Below are positions 21,130-29,916 of a stretch of 64,000 nt of DNA, piece after piece. The position numbers and the translations under genes were made by a program. The stretch covers positions 44,154 to 108,153 of the forward strand of contig CAVWIZ010000003.1 of assembly GCA_963755195.1 (NCBI GenBank), written 5' to 3'. A model generated the notes under the pieces. The model was not told where the DNA came from. It saw nothing but the letters and a program-made list of their open reading frames with translations, and ran no database searches. Origin of the DNA: an uncultured Acidobacteriota bacterium (GTDB taxonomy: Bacteria > Acidobacteriota > Vicinamibacteria > Vicinamibacterales > CAVVIG01). How positions within the stretch are numbered: the first letter of the stretch is position 1; every line of letters starts with the position of its first letter.

Positions 21130-21675
21130 TCAGACTCCTGGCGGGGCCGAAACCCCGCCGCCGCGGCCGGGCGTGTCGCGCCGCGCGAGCACGACTGCGC
21201 CGACCATCGCCACGAGAATCAGCACGGACGTCACTTCGAACGCGAATGCGTACTCGGTGAACAGCGACCGGCCGATCGCGCGGACCGACGCGGCCTGGGC
21301 GGGCGGGAACGCGCCCGTCTCCGCGCCGCGTTTCGTCAGCGCCCACACCAGCTCCACCACCAGCATCACCGCGAGCGCCGCGCCAAACCGCATCGGGCCC
21401 GGGCGCCGAAGCGGATGCACCCGCTCGTCCCGTTCGGTGTCTTCATGAGGCGCGTTCAGCAGCATCACGACAAACAGGAAGAGCACCATGATGGCGCCGG
21501 CATACACGATGATCTGCGTGACGGCGACAAACGGGGCGTCGAGCAGGACGTACAGCCCCGACAGCGCGCCGAACGACGCAATGAGCAGCAGCACGCTGTA
21601 AATCGGGTTGCGCTGCGCGATGACGAGCATCGAGGCCACGACGGCCACCGCCGCAAAGAAATAGAACAGCGTCAT
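21130..21675 (-). CDS. nuoJ: NADH-quinone oxidoreductase subunit J
   Basis: 181-aa [53 protein letters not shown]. Starts directly after the nuoH stop, leaving no room for nuoI. Confidence 0.9.
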   Translation of the reverse strand: MTLFYFFAAVAVVASMLVIAQRNPIYSVLLLIASFGALSGLYVLLDAPFVAVTQIIVYAGAIMVLFLFVVMLLNAPHEDTERDERVHPLRRPGPMRFGAALAVMLVVELVWALTKRGAETGAFPPAQAASVRAIGRSLFTEYAFAFEVTSVLILVAMVGAVVLARRDTPGRGGGVSAPPGV

Positions 21676-22701
21676 TCAGCCACCGAAATAGAGAACGCCC
21701 GCGGCCGTGACGAGCAGGTTCACGACGGAGGCCGGCAGCAGCACTTTCCAGCCGAACTTCATGAGCTGGTCGTAGCGGTAGCGCGGCAGCGTCCACCTCA
21801 TCCACACGTAGAAAAACAGCAGCGCGGCGACTTTGAGCAGGAACCAGATCCAGCCGAGCGACTCGGGCAGAAACGGCCCGTGCCAGCCGCCGAGATACAG
21901 ATCGGTCGCCACGGCCGAGACCGTGACCATGTTGACGTACTCCGCGAGGAAGAACATCGCGAAGCTCATGCTGCTGTACTCGGTGTGGTAGCCGGCCACG
22001 AGCTCCTGCTCGGCTTCCGGAAAGTCGAACGGCGCTCGATTGGTTTCGGCGATGCCGGCGGTCAGGTAGATCAGAAAGCCGATCGGCTGCAGAAACACGA
22101 ACCACTTTGGCACCACACCGAACCACGCGCCGGACTGGCCGTTGACGATCTCGCTGAGCGACAGCGAGTTGCCGATGAGGAGCACGCTGACGAGCGCAAG
22201 CCCATAGGACAGCTCGTAGCTGATCATCTGCGCCGACGCCCTCAGGCCGCCGATAAGCGAGTACTTGCTGTTCGAGCTCCAGCCGGCGAGCACGATGCCG
22301 TACACGCTCATGGACGCGATGGCGAAGATCACCAGGGCCGCGACGTTGACGTCGGCCACCTGCAGCCGCAGCGGGTCGTCCAGCAACCCGAAGAACGTGG
22401 TCGATGCGCCGAAGGGCACGACCGCGAACGCCGCGAACGCGCAGGTCGCCGAAATGATGGGCGCCAGCGCGAAGAGGAGCGCGTCGGCGGCTTTCGGCCG
22501 GAGCTCCTCCTTGAACATCAGCTTGATGATGTCGGCCACCGGCTGCAGCAGGCCGCGAGGGCCGACCAGGTACGGCCCGAGCCGCTGCTGCATCATGGCC
22601 GCGACCTTGCGCTCGACGTACACCATCACAGCCGCCGAATTCAGCAGCATCACGAACACGAAGAGCGTCAGCCCGATCTGGGCAATGAGCAACGGCGTCA
22701 T
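21676..22701 (-). CDS. nuoH: NADH-quinone oxidoreductase subunit H
   Basis: ORF 21676..23127. True start is ATG 22701 (MTPLLIAQIGLTLF...VERKVAAMMQQRLGP). The 142-aa extension in the track overlaps nuoF and looks non-coding. Confidence 0.92.
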   Translation of the reverse strand: MTPLLIAQIGLTLFVFVMLLNSAAVMVYVERKVAAMMQQRLGPYLVGPRGLLQPVADIIKLMFKEELRPKAADALLFALAPIISATCAFAAFAVVPFGASTTFFGLLDDPLRLQVADVNVAALVIFAIASMSVYGIVLAGWSSNSKYSLIGGLRASAQMISYELSYGLALVSVLLIGNSLSLSEIVNGQSGAWFGVVPKWFVFLQPIGFLIYLTAGIAETNRAPFDFPEAEQELVAGYHTEYSSMSFAMFFLAEYVNMVTVSAVATDLYLGGWHGPFLPESLGWIWFLLKVAALLFFYVWMRWTLPRYRYDQLMKFGWKVLLPASVVNLLVTAAGVLYFGG

Positions 22702-22710
22702 CGACTGTGC

Positions 22711-22792
22711 ATCACGAAGACACGAAGGCCACAAAGACACCTCTTGTACAAGAGGCGTTTCGTGTGCCTTCGCGGGCTTCGTGCCTTCGTGA
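22711..22792. repeat. CACGAAG octamer-array hairpin between nuoF and nuoH
   Basis: ATCACGAAGA-CACGAAGG-CCACAAAG-ACA, perfect 16-bp palindrome CCTCTTGTACAAGAGG, then CGTTTCGTGTG-CCTTCGCGGG-CTTCGTGC-CTTCGTGAT. Confidence 0.85.
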
Positions 22793-22805
22793 TTGGCATG
22801 CCTGG

Positions 22806-24098
22806 TTAGTGCGCTCCCACGGGTTGACTGGCCCGCCAGGAGGCCGGCAGCGTGCAGCGGCCTTCCCTGATATGGGCTTCGTACTCGTGCCGGAAATGCT
22901 TGAGCGTCGTCAACACGGGCGTGGCGGCGGCGTCGCCGAACGCGCAGAGCGTTTTGCCGACGATGTTGGCCGAGACGCTCGAGAGAAGATCGAGATCGCG
23001 CATCTGCCCGTCGCCGCGCTCGATGCGCTGGAGAATCTTGTGGAGCCAATCCGTGCCCTCGCGGCACGGCGTGCACTTGCCGCACGACTCGTGGCGGTAG
23101 AAGTGCAACAGGTTCTCGGCGAGCCACACCATGCAGGTGGTGTCGTCGAGGACCACGATGGCGGCCGAGCCCAGGAGCGAACCGGCCTTCTGGATGGCGT
23201 CGAAGCTCGCCTGCGTGTCGAGTTGATCGGGCATCAGGATCGGAACCGACGACCCGCCCGGAATGACCGCCTTGAGCGTCCGGCCGTCGCGGACGCCGCC
23301 GGCGTAGCCGTCAATCAGCTCGCGAAGCGTCACGTTCATCGACGTTTCGTAGACGCCCGGGCGCTTGACATGTCCGCTCACGCAGTAGAGCTTGGGCCCG
23401 CCGTTCTTCTCCGGACCGACCGAGGCGAACCACTCGGGTCCTTTGAGCACGATCAGCGGGACATTGCACAGGGTTTCGACGTTGTTCACGGCGGTCGGCT
23501 TGTTGTAGAGGCCGACGACCGCCGGGAACGGCGGCTTGTTCCGCGGCTGCGCGCGCTTTCCTTCAAGCGACTCGAGGAGCGCCGTCTCCTCGCCGGCCTC
23601 GTACGCCCCGGCCCCGCGATGCACGTAGACGTCGCAGTCGAAGCCCGAGCCGAGAATGTTTCTGCCGAGAAAGCCGCGGCGATAGGCCTCCTCGATCGCG
23701 CGTTCCAGAACGTCCTGCACGTGCAGGAACTCGCCCCGGATGTAGATGTAGGCGGTTTTCGCGCCGATCGCATAGCAGCCGACCACGCAGCCCTCGATGA
23801 GCAGATGAGGATTGCGCTCAATCAGCAGGTGATCCTTGAAGGTGCCGGGCTCGCTCTCGTCGGCGTTGCACGCGATGTAACGAGGTTCAGCCTTCTTGTC
23901 CACGAACTGCCACTTCAGGCCCGTCGGGAACCCGGCGCCGCCGCGTCCGCGGAGTCCGGACGCCTTGACCATCTCGATGATCTCGTCGGGCTTCCGTGCA
24001 AGCGCCAGCTTCAGCGCCTCGTACCCCTCGTGCTGGAGATAGAAATCCAGCGTGAAGGAATTTGGCTCGCGGACGTACTTGGTCAGGACTGGTTCCAT
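22806..24098 (-). CDS. nuoF: NADH-quinone oxidoreductase subunit F
   Basis: 430-aa ORF. GLRGRGGAGFPTGLKW (FMN/NADH site) and ESCGKCTPCREG (N3 cluster) motifs. Confidence 0.93.
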   Translation of the reverse strand: MEPVLTKYVREPNSFTLDFYLQHEGYEALKLALARKPDEIIEMVKASGLRGRGGAGFPTGLKWQFVDKKAEPRYIACNADESEPGTFKDHLLIERNPHLLIEGCVVGCYAIGAKTAYIYIRGEFLHVQDVLERAIEEAYRRGFLGRNILGSGFDCDVYVHRGAGAYEAGEETALLESLEGKRAQPRNKPPFPAVVGLYNKPTAVNNVETLCNVPLIVLKGPEWFASVGPEKNGGPKLYCVSGHVKRPGVYETSMNVTLRELIDGYAGGVRDGRTLKAVIPGGSSVPILMPDQLDTQASFDAIQKAGSLLGSAAIVVLDDTTCMVWLAENLLHFYRHESCGKCTPCREGTDWLHKILQRIERGDGQMRDLDLLSSVSANIVGKTLCAFGDAAATPVLTTLKHFRHEYEAHIREGRCTLPASWRASQPVGAH

Positions 24099-24205
24099 AG
24101 CAGCTGATCGGTCTACTTTTTTTCACTGGCGGCGGGGCCCCACCCCCGCCGCGAACTTACGCTGAGCCTCGCGCTCCCGCGCTCGGCTGGCCGCGGGCGC
24201 TCCTG

Positions 24206-24247
24206 CCAGACTCTAGTCCCCAGACCCTAGACCCCAGTCCCTAGCCC
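24206..24247 (-). repeat. GGNCTRG heptamer x6, 6 nt after the nuoE stop
   Basis: Minus strand reads TAG-GAATAA-GGGCTAG-GGACTGG-GGTCTAG-GGTCTGG-GGACTAG-AGTCTGG. Confidence 0.85.
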
Positions 24248-24253
24248 TTATTC

Positions 24254-24844
24254 CTAGCCCCTTCGCTTCTCAACCGCGTGATGGCACCCGCTGAGCGCCG
24301 CTTCTCCACGTGCGCGAAGGTCGTCGATGAGACGCCCTGCGTCTTCCGGTTTGTGGCACTCGTGCCAGGCGTCGTTGACCATCACGACGGGCGCGCGGTC
24401 GCACGCCGCCAGGCATTCGACCTCGACGAGCGTAAAAGTGCCGCTCGGGTCGGTCTCGCCGGGCTTGATCCCCAGCTTCGTCGTCAACGCCTCGGTGACC
24501 CGCTCGGCGCCGTTCAGCGCGCACGAGAGCGTGCGGCACACCTGCAGCACGAACTTCCCCACAGGCCGCGTGTAGAACATCGTGTAGAACGACACCACGT
24601 CCTCGACGTCGGCGCGCGTGATGCCGAGCAGCTCGGCCACGTGGCGGATCGCGTTCGCGGTGATGTACCCCTGCTGATACTGCGCGAGATACAGCGCCGG
24701 CAGCACCGCCGAACGGCGGCGGTCGGACGGGTAGCGCGCCACGAGCACGTCGAACCGCGCGCGATTCTCTGGCGTATAGGCGAAGGCCGGGCCCTCGTCC
24801 TCGAGCTGGCGGGACGATTTGTGGAACGTGGCGCCGTACGCCAT
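24254..24844 (-). CDS. nuoE: NADH-quinone oxidoreductase subunit E
   Basis: ORF 24254..24958 with likely start ATG 24844 (MAYGATFHKSS), 14 nt after the nuoD stop. VCRTLSC...VECLAACDRAP 2Fe-2S cysteines. Confidence 0.88.
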   Translation of the reverse strand: MAYGATFHKSSRQLEDEGPAFAYTPENRARFDVLVARYPSDRRRSAVLPALYLAQYQQGYITANAIRHVAELLGITRADVEDVVSFYTMFYTRPVGKFVLQVCRTLSCALNGAERVTEALTTKLGIKPGETDPSGTFTLVEVECLAACDRAPVVMVNDAWHECHKPEDAGRLIDDLRARGEAALSGCHHAVEKRRG

Positions 24845-24858
24845 CTTCGGGTGAAAAC

Positions 24859-26041
24859 TCACCGATCCACATCTCCCATGACGACGTCGATGGAGCCAAT
24901 CACGGCGATGACGTCCGCGATGAGGCCGCCGACGATCATTTTTTCGAGCGCCTGGCACGCGAGGAGCGATGGCGGCCGCGACTTGACGCGCCAGGGCCGG
25001 TTCGTGCCGTCAGACACGACGTGAAAGCCCTGTTCGCCCCGCGGCCCTTCCACCGGCACGTACGCCTCGCCGGCCGGGACTGTAAATCCCTGCGAGTAGA
25101 TCAGGAAGTGCTGGATCAGCGCTTCCATCTCGGTGTAGACGCGATCCTTGGGCGGCGGCGTGATGCGCGGATCGTCAATCGCGTACTGACCGGCCGGCGT
25201 GATCCGGTCGAGCGCCTGGCGGCAGATCTTCATGCTCTCGCGCATTTCCGCGACGCGCACCTTGTAGCGCGCGTACACGTCGCCATGGATCTCGGTGGGC
25301 ACGCTGAAGTCGAACGTCTCGTACCCGAGATACGGAAACACCTTGCGCACGTCGTAGTTGACGCCCGCCGCGCGCGCGATCGGGCCCACCAGGCTGTACG
25401 CAATCGCGTCTTCCCTCGAGATCACGCCCACGCCCTGCGTCCGCTTCAGATAGATCTCGTTGTTGGTCAGGAGGTCTTCGTACTCGTCGAGCTTTCCGCG
25501 GAAAACGATCGAGAAACGAGCGGACCGCGTCGTGAAAGCCGCGAGGCAGGTCCTCACGCAGGCCGCCGACGCGCATGTAGCTCGGGAACAGACGGAAGCC
25601 GGCGATCATCTCGTTGATGTTCAGCAGAAGCTCGCGCTCGCGGAAGCAGTAGAGCATCACCGAGATGGCGCCCACCTCCATGCCGTGAGTGCCGAGCCAG
25701 ACCAGGTGAGAATTGATGCGCTGCAGCTCGGCCAGCAGCACGCGAATCGCGCGAACGCGCTCGGGCACCTCGACGCCGAGGAGCGTTTCCACCGAGAGGC
25801 AGAACGCCATGCTGTTGGACTGCGCGCTCAGGTAGTCCATGCGCTCGACGAGCGGAATCACCTGCTGCCACTTCTTCTGCTCGATGGTCTTCTCGATGCC
25901 GGTGTGCAGGTAGCCGATCGTGGGCGACGCCGAGAGGACCGTCTCGCCGTCGAGCTCCAGCACCAGGCGCAGCACGCCGTGCGTGCTGGGGTGCTGAGGC
26001 CCCATGTTGACGGTCATCGTCTCGGTGCGAATCTCGGGCAT
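24859..26041 (-). pseudogene. nuoD: NADH-quinone oxidoreductase subunit D, frame-disrupted near 25494-25506
   Basis: The N-terminal part is ORF 25175..26041 (MNMGPQHPSTHGVLRL... to FLDRFP). The C-terminal part is ORF 24859..25557 (GKLDEYEDLLTNNEIYLKRT...IDVVMGDVDR) in the +1 frame. Confidence 0.85.
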
Positions 26042-26083
26042 GCTCGTCCTACGGCGCCCGGTGTCGTCGCGGTTGGCGGGCGA

Positions 26084-26634
26084 TCATGAGCGAGACAACC
26101 GATCCTTTTCGAGGTTCGCGCGGAATTCCTGCTCGGTCACCTGCAGCGGCTCGGTGGCGTACGCCGGTCTCCGGATCTGGACCGGGAAGTCTTTACGCAG
26201 CGGGTAGCCCTCCCAGTCTTCGGGCATCAGCAGGCGCCGCGGATCGGGGTGTCCGTCGAACGACGATCGCCGAACAGATCCCAGACTTCACGCTCGAGCC
26301 AGTTGGCCGCCGGCCAGACGCCGCTGACCGTCCCGACGTGGGCGTCCGCGCCGGAGAGACGCACCTTCATCCGGAGCCGCAGACGATGTTCGAGGGACAC
26401 CAGCACGTAGACGAGCTCGAACCTCGGCTCGCGCGGCCAGAAATCGACGGCGGTCAACTCGGCCAGGAACTCGAAGCGCAATTCGGGCCGATCGCGCAGG
26501 GCGCGTGCGACGTCCACCACCCGTTCACGCGACACATAGAACGTCGTCTGCAGGTCGACGCTGGCCACCGCTTCGAACTCGGCGCCGGGCGCCACCTGAT
26601 CGAGCAACGCGATGATCGCGGCCGCGTCCATCAC
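26084..26634 (-). pseudogene. nuoC: NADH-quinone oxidoreductase subunit C, frame-disrupted near 26262-26272
   Basis: ORF 26227..26634 ends ...EREVWDLFG then goes out of frame. The -1 frame gives ..[58 protein letters not shown] with stop at 26084. GTGA overlap with nuoB. Confidence 0.85.
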
Positions 26635-27098
26635 GTGAGCTTCTGCTCGGCGATCTTCCGCTGGAGCTGGACGATGCCGTAGATGAGCGATTCGGGGCGC
26701 GGCGGGCAGCCGGGCACGTAGACGTCAACGGGCACGACCTGATCGACGCCCTGCACGAGCGCGTAGTTGTCGAACACGCCGCCGATCGACGCGCAGGCGC
26801 CCATGGAGATCACCCACTTCGGGTCGGGCATCTGATCGTAGATGCGGCGGAGCGCGGGCGCCATCTTCCGCGACAAGCGGCCGGCGACGATCATCAGGTC
26901 GGACTGGCGCGGGCTGCCGCGAAACACCTCGGCGCCGAAGCGCGCGATGTCGTAGCGCGAGCAGCTCATGGCCATCATCTCGATCGCGCAGCAGGCCAGC
27001 CCGAACGTCACGGGCCAGATCGACGAGCGGCGCGCCCACTGCACCATCTTCTCGACGGATGTGGTGAGGACGGGGATTTCGATTTCTTCCAACCCCAC
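26631..27098 (-). CDS. nuoB: NADH-quinone oxidoreductase subunit B
   Basis: C-terminal 155 codons of ORF 26631..27374. GTG 27098 overlaps the nuoA TAG (TAGTG). [10 protein letters not shown]...GRLSRKMAP...GACASIGG...VPGCPPRPE motifs. Confidence 0.9.
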   Translation of the reverse strand: MGLEEIEIPVLTTSVEKMVQWARRSSIWPVTFGLACCAIEMMAMSCSRYDIARFGAEVFRGSPRQSDLMIVAGRLSRKMAPALRRIYDQMPDPKWVISMGACASIGGVFDNYALVQGVDQVVPVDVYVPGCPPRPESLIYGIVQLQRKIAEQKLT

Positions 27099-27499
27099 TA
27101 GGCGACCCTCCGTGCTCTCGCCGCCGCCGCGGCATCGCTCTTCTCGTTGCCCCAGTCGAGCGCGCCTTTGCGCCAGACATACACGTAGCCGGTCAGCAGC
27201 AGCGCCATGAAGAGCAGCACCTGCAGAAAACCGTTCCAGCCGAGGTCGCGGAGCGCCATCGCCCACGGATACAGAAACGCCACCTCGATGTCGAAGAGCA
27301 GGAAGATCATGGCCACCAGGTAGTACTTCACCGACTGCCGCTCGCGCGCGTCGCCGACCGACGGCATGCCGCACTCGTACGGCGCGCTTTTTTCGGCGGT
27401 CGGATGGCTCGGACCGAGCACGTTCGACAGAAGGACCGAGACGAGCGCAAACCCGGCGCCCAGCGCGATCATGATGAGGATGGAAAGCCAGCCTTGCAT
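27098..27499 (-). CDS. nuoA: NADH-quinone oxidoreductase subunit A
   Basis: 133-aa ORF. YECGMP...[23 protein letters not shown] motif; first gene of the operon. Confidence 0.9.
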   Translation of the reverse strand: MQGWLSILIMIALGAGFALVSVLLSNVLGPSHPTAEKSAPYECGMPSVGDARERQSVKYYLVAMIFLLFDIEVAFLYPWAMALRDLGWNGFLQVLLFMALLLTGYVYVWRKGALDWGNEKSDAAAAARARRVA

Positions 27500-27670
27500 T
27501 GTTCAGAATCCGGCGGCGACTTACGCTTGTGAACGATTTCGCAATCTCAAATGCTATCGCAGTCGATAGTCGTTAGTCGAGTCTCGAGGCGACAGTCGGC
27601 GGGAAGGCGGGCCAGCCCGCCCAGGCGCTCGAAATGGCAGTACTATGGCGACCGACGCCACGGTTGTTAC

Positions 27671-29033
27671 ATGACGCGCCCACTGCTCGTGGCGGCTCTG
27701 ATCGTCGTCGCCGGTGGCGTGGCCTTCGCCGGCCCGACACCACCGCCGCAGCCCGAGCCGGTTCCCCGGCTGGCTCACGATCTGCCACGGCTTGCGTGAG
27801 TGGATCGACGCCGTCGATCGACACATCCCAGGCCAGCCCGACGGTGCCGCTATCAGTGTCGGCTCGTGGTCAAGAGCTGAGCTCGAGGCGCTTTTCTTCG
27901 ACCTCAAGGCGCTCATTCAACTGATCACCACGGCGGACGACGCCAAGGTCACCGCGCGCGATGCGGGCCTTTACCTCGCCGGAATTGGAGGAATTGCAGG
28001 ATCTGGCCGTCACAGCAGGCGCGGCGTGTCGCCGATCATCCGGCCAGGCCGCCGCAGCTCACCGGATCCGACGCGAGGCGGATCGTGAATCGCCTCGTGA
28101 AGCGAGCCACGCTCCTGCACACGGACATCGCCGTGCTCGTTCCTGCTGCCGCGGACAGGGATGCCGAGTCATCCGTGCCACGCCTGCTCATCGACCTGCG
28201 ATCGTCGGTGGTGGTCGTGGACGGGAGGCAGGTGGGCGTGACGTACTACGGAGCTCATTGGGACTTCGCCCGTCTCCTGCTCGACGAAGTGACGCCAGAT
28301 CCGGCAGCGCGACCCCACCGTGCGACAGTGGTATCGAGTTGTCGCCACGCTCTTCGCGAGCGAGTACCAGTGGTCCGAGTCCGACGCGCATCTGGCGCGC
28401 GCGCGCAAACTCTTTCCCGCAGACCCCGAGATCATCGCGGCCAGTGGGCGCTTCCACGAGACCTACGCCTCCCCCAGGATCCAGCAGTTCCTCGAAAACG
28501 AGCGCGCCCACCGGCGATCGCACGGCCGCCATCGGTTCATCGCGCTCGAATCTTCGACAGGCAGAGACGTTCTTCAACAAGGCCATCGAGCTCGACGGCA
28601 GTCTGACGGAAGCCCGCCTGCACCTGGGCCGCGTGCTCGGGCTCGAAGGCCGTCACGAGGACGCCGCCAACGAACTTCGGCGGGTGGCCGTCACCGCCGG
28701 CGACTCGCTGACGCAGTACGACGCGTGGCTGTTCCTCGGCGCTCGAGGAGCAGTCGCTCGGCCGTCTGGATCGTGCCCGCGAATCCTTCGAGAAGGCGGC
28801 GGCCCTGTATCCACGGGCCCAGTCGCCATATCTGGCGCTGAGCCAGCTGGCGAGGCGCAGGGGCGATCGGGCGGGCGCGCTGCGTTCCATTCAGCAGGTG
28901 CTGGCGCTTTCAGCCGACGATCGCGAGCATGAGGATCCCTGGTCGACGTACCTGCGCCGGAAGCGCCGCGCAGGCACAGATGCTGCTGTCCGAGCTTCGT
29001 GCCGCGCTGTTCCTGACACCACAGGAGCGCTGA
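27671..29033 (+). pseudogene. TPR-repeat protein with signal peptide, at least 7 frame changes
   Basis: Protein-like segments alternate between frames. MTRPLLVAALIVVAGG.. (f2), REWIDAVDRHIPGQPD..ELEALFFDLKALIQL (f0), FTSPELEELQDLA (f1), RIVNRLVKRATLLHTDIAVL (f2), RQWYRVVATLFASEYQW..PRIQQFLENE (f0), AETFFNKAIELDGSLTEARLHLGRVLG (f1), LDRARESFEKAAALYPRAQSPYLALSQL (f2), MLLSELRAALFLTPQER* (f0). Confidence 0.6.
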
Positions 29034-29037
29034 CAGC

Positions 29038-29907
29038 ATGCGTCCGGCAACGCAAGCGGCAGCGGCGGCGCACTGACGTGGTTCGTGCTCGCCAGCGCGG
29101 GCGGCGCTGCGGCCCAAACGCAGACGCTTTTCGAGCAAGGTCGAAGCGGTGCGGGTCGATGTGCTCGTCACCGACAAGGGGCGGCCGGTGCATGGTCTTC
29201 AGTCGGCCGACTTCGACGTGCGTGACAACGGCGTTCCGCAACGCGTGGACCTGGTCAGCTTCGAGCAGATCCCCATCAATCTCGTCCTCGTCTTCGACAT
29301 GAGCAGCAGCGTCGTCGGTGAACGTCTGGAGCACCTCCGGGAAGGCGCCCGCGCCGTGCTGAGCGGTTTGACGCGCGGCGATCAGGCGGCGCTTATCACC
29401 TTCAGCGAAGCGGTCGTCCGAGGCTCCGACTTGACGACGAATGTCGAGCAGGTGCAGGCTGCGCTGGCGCGGGCCAGCGGAAGCGGCGATACCGCACTCA
29501 TCGACGCCGTCCATACCGGGATGACGGTCGGTGAATCCGACGTCGGCCGGGCACTCGTCATTGTGTTCAGCGACGGGCTCGACACAGCCAGCTTCCTGAC
29601 GCCAGACGTCACGCTGGACATCGCGAAACGCTCCGACGTGGTGGTCTATGCGGTCGTGGCGGGCGGATCGCGGAAGATCTCGTTTCTACGCGATCTCAGC
29701 GAGCTCACCGGTGGGACATTCCACGACGCGGGATCGACACGGAATCTCGGGGCGACCTTCGTCAAGATTCTCGACGAATTCCGCCAGCGATACCTGGTGA
29801 GCTACTCACCGCTTGGTGTCTCGGGGGAGGGTTGGCACCGGCTGGAGGTGCGCATCAAGGGTAGAGACGTCGAGGTCAAAGCGAGGCCGGGATACCTCGC
29901 CAACTGA
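29038..29907 (+). CDS. VWA domain-containing protein (VWFA-related acidobacterial type), N-terminus disrupted by two compensating frame changes
   Basis: Core is ORF 29149..29907 (VEAVRVDVLVTDKGRPV..LVFDMSSS..TALIDAV..VFSDGLDTAS). ATG 29038 gives MRPATQAAAAAH*. The signal peptide LTWFVLASAGGAAAQTQT lies in another frame, and the frame returns in the T-run near 29125-29130. Confidence 0.7.
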
Positions 29908-29916
29908 CGCGCGTTC

